DNA from: Candidatus Nomurabacteria bacterium
GTDB lineage: Bacteria > Patescibacteriota > Minisyncoccia > Phycocordibacterales > UBA9973
NCBI GenBank assembly: GCA_023267435.1
Contig: JAHFNH010000001.1
Coordinates: 16,253 to 80,252, forward strand
Direction: 5' to 3'
Length of the DNA stretch: 64,000 nucleotides
Made by a program: the position numbers and the translations under genes. Of the stretch, positions 20,875 to 30,447 are shown piece by piece. The stretch's first letter is position 1. Each line of letters begins with the position of its first letter. The notes below the pieces were generated by a model. The model was not told the DNA's origin. It did not search any database and saw nothing but the letters and a program-made list of their open reading frames with translations.

Positions 20875-21348
20875 TTAATAATTACCGTCTCTGCAACTAC
20901 TCTCAGAAAGTTCAATACTTAGGAAATAACAAGTTAATTCGTTTCCTTTCTTGCGAATTGAATACGTAAGTTTCTTTTTTAACGTATTAATCGTTTCTTC
21001 TACATAGACTTTACAATGATGTGATTTTGACAACTGGGCAAGAAATTTATCAATAACTTCTCTATCTGTTTGTCCTACAAATGACTTTAATTTTCCATAC
21101 ATGTCATCTTTGTTTTCAAAGAACTTCAAATTACCAGAGTGTCGAGCATTCAACACATAACTTGTTTGATTTGTTGAAAGACAAAGAAAATTATAGTCAA
21201 ACACTTTTGTTTTCCAGCCATCACTAAATCCAGTGTCACCATTGTGTTTAAAAAGCCCTTGTATCCTCTGTAATGTTTTAAGAGGACTCAAATTGTCTGT
21301 CAGAGTTACTGACTCTGACTTTTTCGTTGATGAAAATGATACAGACAT
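20875..21348 (-). CDS. Hypothetical protein
   Basis: 157-aa ORF with upstream TTGACA-N17-TAGGAT promoter and downstream terminator. Confidence 0.6.
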   Translation of the reverse strand: MSVSFSSTKKSESVTLTDNLSPLKTLQRIQGLFKHNGDTGFSDGWKTKVFDYNFLCLSTNQTSYVLNARHSGNLKFFENKDDMYGKLKSFVGQTDREVIDKFLAQLSKSHHCKVYVEETINTLKKKLTYSIRKKGNELTCYFLSIELSESSCRDGNY

Positions 21349-21445
21349 ACTGTTTTCGTTTTTAATTGTTTATATACAAATTTTATTTTCTACTCTATCC
21401 TACCGTAAGATTCTCAACTTGTCAATATAATTAAGTAATATCTAT

Positions 21446-23134
21446 TTACATTCTCTCCGGAGCTTGGATACCTAAAAGATGCAAACCATTTTTTATTATG
21501 ATTTGTGTTGCGCGAGCTATAGCTAAACGATGTTCTGAAACTTCCTTATTTTTTTCATCAATTATTTGATTGTCACCGTAAAAAGAATTAAAACCATGAG
21601 CAACTTCAATAACATAAGTCACAATATATTGCGGAGCGTATTCTGTAATTGCACGCTCGACTATTTCAGGAAAACGATATAACATTTTTTCAATATCCAA
21701 AATATCTTGAGCATGATAGTTTGGAGACATTCCTAATCCTGACCCTTTTTCAATCAAGCTTTGAATACGGGCATGGGTGTATTGTAAGTATGGGCCAGAA
21801 TCCCCTTCAAAAGACAAAGATGTATCTGGATCAAAATTAATATTCTGACCTGGCTTCGTGCGAAGAATTGTAAACTTTATTGCACCAATAGCTACAGCTT
21901 CAGCATTTTCACGTATATCAGCTACACGATCTTTTGTTCTTTCAGAAACTTCACCTAAAACAAGATCAATCATCTCAGTCGCAAGGGGCACGCCACCTAA
22001 TCGAGACGACATCTTTTGTCCCTTGTAACTCATACGTCCATGAGGGACATGAATACTGTTTTTTACCCACTCAGGATTTATTTTTTCTGCAGCATCGAGC
22101 ACAATATTGAAATGTGGAATTTGTTCGGTGTCAGTAATAAAAATAGAAATATTCGGATTCACACGCTCGAATTTTAATTTCAATAATCCTAAATCTTTAG
22201 CTTCATAAGTCGGATTACCTTGGCTATTTATAAAGACAGCTGTGTTTAAATTCTTTTTAGCTTCATCTGGAATATAAACAACAGCACCTTCGCTCTCAGT
22301 GAAAACTGCTGGAGTATTTTTCCCTACAATTTCCTTCCCTGCTATACCCGCCTCACTCTCGTATATATATGAATCAAAATGAGAACCAAGTCTCTTTGTA
22401 ATTGATTCAAAGTATTCAATATTGAATTTCTTACATACTTCATAAACCTTCAATTCTGGAGAACCTTTGCCAACATATAGATTATCCGCAATTTCTTTCA
22501 CGCGTTCATGAATTGATTCATCATCTGTAAATCTTTTTGTACCTTCCACATAAGCGTCACCTAATACTGCAATATCATTCGGGGTAAAATCTGCACCGTA
22601 TTTTTCCAAAATAATAAAAACTGCTTTGGCTACACCGAGAGAAATATCTGAAGGAAAAGACATTGTTTTCACTTCTGCACCGGAGAACTTCATAATTTGG
22701 ACCATTGATTCCCCTATTGTATTGTTCATCATATGCCCAATATGAAAAGGCTTGAATAAATTTGGAGAAGAATGTTCCACTAAAACTTTTTTTCCTTTTA
22801 GTGATTCTACTTTCCCAAAATTATCTTTTGTATTTAAAATTTCTTTAGTTGAATCTGCAAAAAATTCCGGTGCTAAATAAAAATTTATAAATCCCGCACC
22901 CGCAACATCAATTTTATTTATTTTACTGTCAAGGTTCAACCTTGACAGTTGGTCAACAATTTTCTGAGCCAATTCTTTCGGATTGGTTTTTTCTCTTTTA
23001 GAGAGAACCATAGCAACATTTGTGGAATAATCCCCCATCTTCAAATCTGCTGGATGTTCCACAGTAAAATCAACCTCTTCTATATTGAGATTTTTTAACG
23101 CTTCTATAATTAAATTTTTTATTTTATATTCCAT
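21446..23134 (-). CDS. argS: Arginine--tRNA ligase
   Basis: GDYSTN, GAGFINF, SSPN..KPFHIGH, KMSSR, GPYLQYTHAR, GIQAPERM. Confidence 0.96.
   Translation of the reverse strand: MEYKIKNLIIEALKNLNIEEVDFTVEHPADLKMGDYSTNVAMVLSKREKTNPKELAQKIVDQLSRLNLDSKINKIDVAGAGFINFYLAPEFFADSTKEILNTKDNFGKVESLKGKKVLVEHSSPNLFKPFHIGHMMNNTIGESMVQIMKFSGAEVKTMSFPSDISLGVAKAVFIILEKYGADFTPNDIAVLGDAYVEGTKRFTDDESIHERVKEIADNLYVGKGSPELKVYEVCKKFNIEYFESITKRLGSHFDSYIYESEAGIAGKEIVGKNTPAVFTESEGAVVYIPDEAKKNLNTAVFINSQGNPTYEAKDLGLLKLKFERVNPNISIFITDTEQIPHFNIVLDAAEKINPEWVKNSIHVPHGRMSYKGQKMSSRLGGVPLATEMIDLVLGEVSERTKDRVADIRENAEAVAIGAIKFTILRTKPGQNINFDPDTSLSFEGDSGPYLQYTHARIQSLIEKGSGLGMSPNYHAQDILDIEKMLYRFPEIVERAITEYAPQYIVTYVIEVAHGFNSFYGDNQIIDEKNKEVSEHRLAIARATQIIIKNGLHLLGIQAPERM
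22925..22949. repeat. Perfect 11-bp-arm palindrome inside argS
   Basis: actgtcaaggt-tca-accttgacagt, encodes LSRLNLDS. Confidence 0.7.
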
Positions 23135-23556
23135 TACTTTTTTCCTGTTGATCCAAACCTCCCTTCTCCACGAACCGATTCACTCAATATATCAGTTTCC
23201 TCTAATTCTGCAATGATTACAGGATAAATTATCAGCTGGCTAACTTTATCTCCTACTTCAACAGTATAAGGTTTATCTGATAAATTTACTAAATGAGTAT
23301 TGTATTCTCCACGATAACCAGCATCGTAAACCCCTCCCATAGTATGAAGTCCCAATTTTGAAATACTACCTTTGTCTTTAACAATACCCGCATAACCTTC
23401 TTCAAATTCCGTTGCAAATCCGTGCCAAAATATATGGTGTCCCATTGAGGGAATAGTCACAGCTTCCATTGAAAACAAATCCATCCCCACATCTCCTGGA
23501 TGGGCATAGCTTGGTAACTTTACATTTTCTTTTAATTTTTTAATTTTTAATTGCAT
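23134..23556 (-). CDS. dut: Trimeric dUTPase family protein with atypical motif 2
   Basis: GMDL, GGVYDAGYRGE, GDKVSQ, RGEGRFGSTG. Confidence 0.88.
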   Translation of the reverse strand: MQLKIKKLKENVKLPSYAHPGDVGMDLFSMEAVTIPSMGHHIFWHGFATEFEEGYAGIVKDKGSISKLGLHTMGGVYDAGYRGEYNTHLVNLSDKPYTVEVGDKVSQLIIYPVIIAELEETDILSESVRGEGRFGSTGKK

Positions 23557-23559
23557 GAA

Positions 23560-24252
23560 TTATTTCTTAATTACTTTTTTAACTTCTAAATAAACATCTT
23601 TATGAATATCTTCTCTAGTGCGCATATTATTGCCTTTTACACAAGATATTTTTACAAAATTATTTAATTCTTTAATAAGTTTCAAGGCGCTCTTACGAGA
23701 ATTTTCCAAGAAAACAGGATCATTCTCGTGAACATCACCCTTACGTCTTAAATATTGGCGAACATTTTTTGCATCACGTTCTATCATTAACTTTTGAGTA
23801 ATTTTTATCGGAACTTCTAAATAAAGAACAATGTCTGGACGTGGAATACCAAAAACTTTATATTCCATATCATCAAGCCAACGTAAAAAATCTTTTCTTT
23901 TTTTTGCGTCTGTTATTTTTCCACCTTGATGTATTTGATTAGCTGAAACATAACGATTTGCAATTACAACATTTCCTGATTTAAGCCATTTAGAAATCTG
24001 CTCGGAGGACTCCCATCTATCGGCGGCATACAAAACTGAAGCTATTTTAGGGTGAACTTTAACAAAGTTAAAATATTGTTCTCGTAAACAATGACCAATA
24101 AATTGACCGAAGAAGTTTTTGTAATACTCTGGAAAATCAACAGTTTTAACTTTAAAACCTTCCTTCACAAGACGCGCTCTCAAGAGTTCAACCTGTGTTG
24201 CCTTTCCGCTTCCATCTGTACCATCTATTACTATTAGTTTTCCTTTTTTCAT
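23560..24252 (-). CDS. tmk: Thymidylate kinase
   Basis: IDGTDGSGKATQ, LYAADR, NRY, PD.V.YL. Confidence 0.9.
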   Translation of the reverse strand: MKKGKLIVIDGTDGSGKATQVELLRARLVKEGFKVKTVDFPEYYKNFFGQFIGHCLREQYFNFVKVHPKIASVLYAADRWESSEQISKWLKSGNVVIANRYVSANQIHQGGKITDAKKRKDFLRWLDDMEYKVFGIPRPDIVLYLEVPIKITQKLMIERDAKNVRQYLRRKGDVHENDPVFLENSRKSALKLIKELNNFVKISCVKGNNMRTREDIHKDVYLEVKKVIKK

Positions 24253-24253
24253 A

Positions 24254-25453
24254 TTATTTTTTAGCTCTTAAAATCTTATCCATTTTTTGTGCAATTTTAA
24301 TCATGTCTTTTTCTTTTTTACCACGAGTGGTTTCTGCGCAAGTGCCAAGTCGAATACCAGAAGGATCCATCACACTGCGTGTATCTCCTGGAATAGTGTT
24401 CATATTTACAATAATCCCTGCTTTTTCAAGCTTAATACTTGCCTCCTTACCGGAAACACCAGATCCATTCATAAAGGTATCCATAAGTATTAGGTGTGAA
24501 TCTGTGCCACCAGAAATAATATGCCATCCTAATATTTTTAATTCGTTCGCTAGTGTCTTAGCATTCTTTACTACTTGCTTCGCATATTTTTTGAAATCAG
24601 GTTTCATTGCTTCGCCTAACGCAATAGCAACACCTGCAATATTGTTTTCATGTGGTCCACCAAAAAGTCCTGGGATAACCATCTTGTCTAATTTTTTATC
24701 AAACTCTCGTGCATCTTTTTTTACAAAAAGAATTGCTTGTCTTGGTCCACGCAGAGACTTGTGAGTGGTAGTCATCACACTATCTGCATAAGGAAACGGT
24801 GTTGGATAAACTCCTCCAGCCACGAGTCCTGCAAAGTGTGACATGTCGACATGTAGTAACGCTCCCTTCCGTCCGTCAGGGTAAACCACAGCATCGGCAA
24901 TTTCTCTAAACTTTTTAAAATCAACAACTCTAGGGTATGCGGTAAAACCAGCTACGATAATATCTGGCTTTTCTTGAACTGCAAGATTTTTTAATTTATC
25001 GTAATCAATAACTTCAGTCGCACCATCGAGTTCAAATTGAATTGGTTTCCAAAGTTTACCAGTCATAGATAATGGGTGTCCGTGTGTAAGGTGTCCACCA
25101 GAAGTTAATTTCATTCCCATTATTTTTCCACCGATTGGAACCAGGGCAGAATACAAAGCAAAGTTTGCTGGAGAACCGGAAAGAAGCTGAACATTTGCAT
25201 GCCATTCTGTGTCTTTTAATTTAAAAAGTTTTAAAGCTCGTTCAATGCAAAGAGTTTCTACTTTGTCGATAATCTGATTGCCACCATAGTATCTCCTGCC
25301 TGGATAACCTTCGGCATATTTATTTGTAAGTTCCGAACCGAGCGCTTGTAAAACATCTTTTGAAACGTAGTTCTCAGATGCGATTAAGTTAGTAACACTC
25401 TTCTGCCTTTTGGCTTCTAGTTTGATAAGCTTCTCAATTTGTTTATCTTTCAT
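24254..25453 (-). CDS. glyA: Serine hydroxymethyltransferase
   Basis: LIASEN, NKYAEGYPG.RYYGG, GGHLTHG, TTTHKSLRGPR, SGIRLGT. Confidence 0.97.
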   Translation of the reverse strand: MKDKQIEKLIKLEAKRQKSVTNLIASENYVSKDVLQALGSELTNKYAEGYPGRRYYGGNQIIDKVETLCIERALKLFKLKDTEWHANVQLLSGSPANFALYSALVPIGGKIMGMKLTSGGHLTHGHPLSMTGKLWKPIQFELDGATEVIDYDKLKNLAVQEKPDIIVAGFTAYPRVVDFKKFREIADAVVYPDGRKGALLHVDMSHFAGLVAGGVYPTPFPYADSVMTTTHKSLRGPRQAILFVKKDAREFDKKLDKMVIPGLFGGPHENNIAGVAIALGEAMKPDFKKYAKQVVKNAKTLANELKILGWHIISGGTDSHLILMDTFMNGSGVSGKEASIKLEKAGIIVNMNTIPGDTRSVMDPSGIRLGTCAETTRGKKEKDMIKIAQKMDKILRAKK

Positions 25454-25483
25454 TCCCCAATTTTACCACCAAAACCAGCCTTA

Positions 25484-26344
25484 TCAAAACCCGAAATTAA
25501 GCTTGTCACCATTGGATTTTACAACAATAGTGCCAAGCAAGTCCGTCCTAAAAATCTTGGCACCTATCTGCTTTAATATATCTAAAGTTTCTGGATGTGG
25601 ATGACCGTAAGTATTACCTTTGCCATCTGAGATGAGTGCGTATGTTGGCGAAACGGCTTGCACGAATTCTAAAGAACTAGAACCACGAGAACCATGATGC
25701 CCGACTTTCAAAATATCACTCTGTAATTCGCTTGAAGAAAAATCTCCTAATATTATTTTTTCGGTTAATTTTGTCGCATCGCCTGTCAGCATTACCGAAG
25801 TCTTGCCATAAGATAATCGTGCCACTACTGAGCCATCGTTCGTCTTCCAACTCGACACATCACGATCAGGAAATAAAATATCGAGCACTGCTCCCTCGCC
25901 CAGATCGAGACGCATTCCTTTTTTTACTAAAAGATTTGGGATATTTTTATTTTGTATTTGTGTTTCTAAATCTTTAAAAGTTTTTGAATTGCTCACTGTA
26001 CCGGAACTAAAAACTTCACCCACTTGATAATTTTTCAAGACATCTAAAAACCCTCCAATATGATCTGCATCAGGATTTGTAATAATTACCGCATCTATTT
26101 TTTTATCAAAAGGATTCATCACACGAGAAAGTGGACTGAGTATTTTTCGAGCTGGGCCACCGTCCACCAAGATTTGCGTGCCAGTCGGTGACTCTATAAA
26201 AAGTGCATCCCCTTGTCCAACATCCAGCATCGCAAAAGTCAGCTGACGATGTTCGTTTTGCCAAATAAGCTGAAAGATAAAAATATTCACTAAAATAAGA
26301 GCTAAAACACACAAAGGTAAGTAATATTTTTTGTTATTCTCCAT
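25484..26344 (-). CDS. ComEC C-terminal metallo-beta-lactamase (nuclease) domain, stand-alone
   Basis: LDVGQGDA, TNPDADHIGG, LKVGHHGS, YGHPH. Confidence 0.9.
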   Translation of the reverse strand: MENNKKYYLPLCVLALILVNIFIFQLIWQNEHRQLTFAMLDVGQGDALFIESPTGTQILVDGGPARKILSPLSRVMNPFDKKIDAVIITNPDADHIGGFLDVLKNYQVGEVFSSGTVSNSKTFKDLETQIQNKNIPNLLVKKGMRLDLGEGAVLDILFPDRDVSSWKTNDGSVVARLSYGKTSVMLTGDATKLTEKIILGDFSSSELQSDILKVGHHGSRGSSSLEFVQAVSPTYALISDGKGNTYGHPHPETLDILKQIGAKIFRTDLLGTIVVKSNGDKLNFGF

Positions 26345-26403
26345 CGTGCTATAATTTTAACATATCAATTAATAAATTCGTGGTGACACGAAACAGAAAA
26401 ATT

Positions 26404-27009
26404 ATGAAAAAATTTGAAGAAATGAAATTCAATATTGGAGAATTAAAAGGAATATCGGCCAAGAATGTCGAAGAGCATTTGAAGCTTTATGCTGGTTATG
26501 TAAAAAACACAAATGGAGTTATCGAAAAAATAAGCTACTTGAGTGAAGGAATGTTTAAAAATGGAGAAGACAACGCTTATCTAATAGCTGAACTCTTCCG
26601 TCGTTTTTCTTTCGAATACAATGGTATGAGAAACCACGAAGTGTATTTCAATTCCCTATCTGGTGGAGCAAAAGCATTGAATCCTGAAAGTGAACTAGCA
26701 AAAAAAATAAACGAAGACTGCATGTCTCTAGAGATATTTCTTATGGGATTTAAGAACTTAGCACTGACTCGTGGTGTCGGCTGGGCAGTACTTTGGTATG
26801 ATAAAAAGGACAATAGACTCCTTGCTTCATGGGTAGATGAACAACATCTTGGTCAATTAAATGGTTGTGAAATGATTTTAGCTATCGATATGTGGGAACA
26901 TGCTTTCGTGTATGACTACCCCACTTCTGAAAAGAAAAAGTATGTAGAAGCATTTTTTGAGAATCTAAACTGGGAAAATGTTGAAAACAATTTCATAAAA
27001 GCCAAGTAA
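26404..27009 (+). CDS. Fe/Mn superoxide dismutase family protein
   Basis: EHLKLY, NHEVYF, GVGWAVL, DMWEHAF; likely ATG at 26404. Confidence 0.9.
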   Translation: MKKFEEMKFNIGELKGISAKNVEEHLKLYAGYVKNTNGVIEKISYLSEGMFKNGEDNAYLIAELFRRFSFEYNGMRNHEVYFNSLSGGAKALNPESELAKKINEDCMSLEIFLMGFKNLALTRGVGWAVLWYDKKDNRLLASWVDEQHLGQLNGCEMILAIDMWEHAFVYDYPTSEKKKYVEAFFENLNWENVENNFIKAK

Positions 27010-27023
27010 GAAAAGTATTTTAG

Positions 27024-27106
27024 AAAAAACCATAATATAAAAGTTTTCGCCTGCGGGTACTGGCTGCGTCTTACCCGCCAGAAAATTTTTGATATTATGG
27101 TTTTTT
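27024..27106. repeat. Long foldback element with AT-rich arms and GC-rich core, between SOD and comEC
   Basis: aaaaaaccataatat(aaaagttttc)...(gaaaatttttg)atattatggtttttt around a gcgggta..tacccgc core. Confidence 0.65.
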
Positions 27107-28585
27107 AGTTTCTGTAAAAAATTCTTTTATATTATCACCAAAAATAAAGTAAATAAAATATAAATAAATACCAATAGTTAAAACCAAAGGAAAATTTGGT
27201 ATAGTAAATGCTGCGAAATTTAAGTGTGAAAGGAAACCAATCATAAACAATTCATAGTGTAAAAATAAATATGAAACATATCCAAACGGAATAGAAAGTA
27301 CTGGTAAAATAAGACCAACAAAGCCAGTGATAAAACCGAGCATCATAGTAAATGGTATAAAAGGAAGAATTAAAACATTTGCTGGCAGAGCTACGAGCGA
27401 CAGATTACCCATCTTGTAAAGAATAAAAGGAAAGACAAAAATATACGCTGCGCAAGTCACGGTAATAATATCCCGCAAACCGAAACGATCTGTAATCCAT
27501 TGAAAATGTTTCTCTATTTTAGGCGCTAGGAATATCACTGCTACAGTCGCAATAAATGAAAGTTGGAAAGATACATCAAAGACCAAAAGAAAAGGATTGA
27601 TTAAAACCATTAAAACACCCGCCATGATAAGGGCGCGCGCGACATCATAGTTTCTCCCTGTCGCGCGCGCTACAAGTGCTAGGGTTGCCATTATCCCCGC
27701 TCGCAAAGCCGTCGAGCTTCCACCAGTCATCAACACGAATAAAAGAATAGAAAATATACCCACACCGATACCTAAATTTCTAGGCAGAAAACCAAAGAGT
27801 TTCATAATCCATTCAGCAACAATAGTCACATTATAACCAGACAAAGCTACGATATGTATCGTGCCAGTATCTACGAAACTCTGTCGGAGTGCCTGATCAA
27901 AAGAAGACTTCTCCCCTAGTATCAATCCACCCATCAATAAATTCTCCGGGTCCGGTATTGCATAAGATAATTTTTCTAAAAACTTTTCTTTAACTGCAAA
28001 TAGTGTGCTTTTTATTTTACTGCCATTCCCAGATGAGACCACTTCTATTTTCGGGTATTTAACTACAAATAAAATACCGTCTTTGCGCAGATAATTTATA
28101 TAATCAAATTCCTTGCCTTGGTCAGTCACAAAGTTTTCTGGTTTTTCTAAGACTCCGGAGAAATTTATCTCATCACCGTATTTAAAACTATCATCCAGCC
28201 CAGTCGATAATAAAACATCTGTCTTCTCTCCTCTAGACGCAACTTCGACGGTCAAGCTCTGACTATTTTCTTTTTGAGTAACTTCGTCTATTATCAATCC
28301 ACTTAGAGAAACTTTTTGACCGACACTACTTGCCAAAATCGCTTCTGATTTTAAAGAAGCTTGATCAGCCATATGGAATCTAATAATTCCAAATGAAAAA
28401 ACTAAAATAAAAATTGAAGCCAATATCCCCCACTTACTCTTTGAGATAAAAAAGTGAAATAAAAAAATAGCCAAAGAAATGACTATAAGCAAAACAGCAC
28501 TATAAAAATTTATCGAAATAAGAGAACGGAGAAAAACTCCGAAAGTAAAACCAAAACAAATAGTTAGAAAAACCCTCTTCTGCAT
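27095..28585 (-). CDS. comEC: ComEC/Rec2 competence membrane protein (DUF4131 + competence domain)
   Basis: FDYINYL, GTIHIVALSGYNV, RAGIM, SFQLSF, NVLILP. Confidence 0.93.
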   Translation of the reverse strand: MQKRVFLTICFGFTFGVFLRSLISINFYSAVLLIVISLAIFLFHFFISKSKWGILASIFILVFSFGIIRFHMADQASLKSEAILASSVGQKVSLSGLIIDEVTQKENSQSLTVEVASRGEKTDVLLSTGLDDSFKYGDEINFSGVLEKPENFVTDQGKEFDYINYLRKDGILFVVKYPKIEVVSSGNGSKIKSTLFAVKEKFLEKLSYAIPDPENLLMGGLILGEKSSFDQALRQSFVDTGTIHIVALSGYNVTIVAEWIMKLFGFLPRNLGIGVGIFSILLFVLMTGGSSTALRAGIMATLALVARATGRNYDVARALIMAGVLMVLINPFLLVFDVSFQLSFIATVAVIFLAPKIEKHFQWITDRFGLRDIITVTCAAYIFVFPFILYKMGNLSLVALPANVLILPFIPFTMMLGFITGFVGLILPVLSIPFGYVSYLFLHYELFMIGFLSHLNFAAFTIPNFPLVLTIGIYLYFIYFIFGDNIKEFFTETKKP

Positions 28586-28654
28586 TTAAATATTATAGCA
28601 AATAAAAAAGCCTCTCAATAAAAGAGAAGCTTTTTGTGTTTTTAATACTTTTTA

Positions 28655-29080
28655 TTAACCACCCATATGATTAACTATTTTTTTAACTGCATAACTTATA
28701 ACAACAGCATCTTTATTATCAAAACCTCTCTTTCTTGAAAGTACTGTAATATCTAAACAATAGCCCTGTGAAACTTTTTCTGAGAGAAGCATCTTAATTA
28801 ACAAATTTTTTGTATAAGCACAATAAATATTGTACCCACCGCCAATTTTCAGTTTAAGAAGTTTTTCTGAATAAACAGTTGTGGTGTCACTGTTATTTCC
28901 TATTTCCAACACAACACTGGTAACCAGTGATACTGGGTAAACAGTCGTTATCGATGTAGTATCCCAAACATCACCTGATCCATTTCCATTTACTATTTGG
29001 GTAGATGGAGTTATTTCATTATTACAACTTAAAAAAGTTACAATAATAAATATAATTAAAATTATGGCTAATTTTTTCAT
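28655..29080 (-). CDS. Hypothetical lipoprotein
   Basis: MKK + hydrophobic stretch + FLSC lipobox; own promoter TTGACT-N16-TATACT (29204-29231) and terminator. Confidence 0.65.
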   Translation of the reverse strand: MKKLAIILIIFIIVTFLSCNNEITPSTQIVNGNGSGDVWDTTSITTVYPVSLVTSVVLEIGNNSDTTTVYSEKLLKLKIGGGYNIYCAYTKNLLIKMLLSEKVSQGYCLDITVLSRKRGFDNKDAVVISYAVKKIVNHMGG

Positions 29081-29268
29081 TTGTCTATTTATTTAATTGT
29101 TAGTAATTTATTTATTAAGTTCTCTCAATCCCCTTAAAGAAACTAAGAGAACTCAATAAAAGCTGACAACTAAATAAAATATCAAAGAGCCGTAACTAGT
29201 AAGAGTATAGCATATTTAATTAGAAAGTCAAGGGGTTAAAAAGCTTTACTAAATAATCCTTAAATAAC

Positions 29269-29297
29269 AAAAAATCTCCCAACTTGGGAGATTTTTT
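29269..29297 (-). terminator. Terminator directly after rplB
   Basis: aaaaaatctcccaa-c-ttgggagatttttt. Confidence 0.75.
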
Positions 29298-29307
29298 AGT
29301 AAAAATT

Positions 29308-30156
29308 TTATTGACTCTTTCTTGATTTTCCAGTCTTTCGGCGGGAAACGATGAAGACGTTTGAGTATTTCTTTGGAGTTCTTGTCTTTCTTCCTCCAGT
29401 AACTTTACCCCACATAGTCTTTGGTCTCTTTGTACCGCGACCTTGTCTTCCTTCTCCTCCTCCGTATGGGTGATCCACAGGGTTCATGGCTGTACCTCTG
29501 ACTGTAGGACGGATACCTTTCCAGCGACTTCGTCCTGCTTTACCGTAGTTTTCTAAGTGGTGTTCATCGTTTGAAACAGAACCGATAGATGCCCAACATT
29601 CTTCTTTAACTTTTCTAATTTCAGAAGATGGCATCTTTAAGTTGGTGTAACCGTCGGCGTTCGCAACAACTTGAGCAAATACTCCGGCTGATCTTGAAAT
29701 CTTCGCACCACCTTTTGTTTTTATTTCAACATTGTAAACGAATGTTCCAACTGGAATATTTTTCAAAGGCAATCTGTTTCCTGTGGCAAGTTCTGCTTTT
29801 TCGGAAACGATAAATGAATCACCTACTTTAACAGACTTTGGAAGAACAACATATCTCTTCTCTCCGTCTTTATAGACAGCGATACCGATAAAAGCTGATC
29901 TGTTTGGATCGTATTCTACAGAAGTTATTTTTGCAGGAATATCTTTCTTGTCGTATAAGAAATCAACATCTCTGAATAAACGCTTATGTCCGGCGCCCTT
30001 ATGACGAGTGGTGATGCGTCCCTGGCTGTTTCTACCGACAGATCGGCGAAAACCGTGAGTTAAAGATTTTGTTGGTTCAGATTTAGTCAAAACGCCACGG
30101 TAAGTAACGTTGGACATCATTCTTCTGGATTTGGTTGTAGGTTTGTATGTTTTCAT
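29308..30156 (-). CDS. rplB: 50S ribosomal protein L2
   Basis: EYDPNRSA, RPTVRGTAMNPVDHPYGGGEG. Confidence 0.98.
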   Translation of the reverse strand: MKTYKPTTKSRRMMSNVTYRGVLTKSEPTKSLTHGFRRSVGRNSQGRITTRHKGAGHKRLFRDVDFLYDKKDIPAKITSVEYDPNRSAFIGIAVYKDGEKRYVVLPKSVKVGDSFIVSEKAELATGNRLPLKNIPVGTFVYNVEIKTKGGAKISRSAGVFAQVVANADGYTNLKMPSSEIRKVKEECWASIGSVSNDEHHLENYGKAGRSRWKGIRPTVRGTAMNPVDHPYGGGEGRQGRGTKRPKTMWGKVTGGRKTRTPKKYSNVFIVSRRKTGKSRKSQ

Positions 30157-30162
30157 GGTTTA

Positions 30163-30435
30163 TTAAATAAGTTCTATCTTATCACCCTTTTTCAAATAAA
30201 CAATAGCTTTCTTACCTCCTTGTTTTACACCAGCCTTTCCTTTGGACATGATTTGTTTAGCTGGAATATTTACTATGTTTACTTTTACTGGCTTAACTTT
30301 GTAAAGGGAAAAAATGGCTTTCTTGATTTCGGTCTTATTGGCAGATGCTGTAACATCAAAAGTGTAAACATTTTGCTCGAAGGCAAGTGATGCTTTTTCA
30401 GTAACTCTTGGTTTTTTAATTAATTTCATTGTCAT
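30163..30435 (-). CDS. rplW: 50S ribosomal protein L23
   Basis: P.VTEKA, ANKTEIK, KKAIVYL. Confidence 0.96.
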   Translation of the reverse strand: MTMKLIKKPRVTEKASLAFEQNVYTFDVTASANKTEIKKAIFSLYKVKPVKVNIVNIPAKQIMSKGKAGVKQGGKKAIVYLKKGDKIELI

Positions 30436-30447
30436 ATAATTTAAAAA

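Noticed and set aside
24195-24764. 189-aa plus-strand ORF, and similar antisense ORFs over tuf, fusA, glyQS and the helicases
   Set aside because: Fully antisense to well-supported conserved genes.
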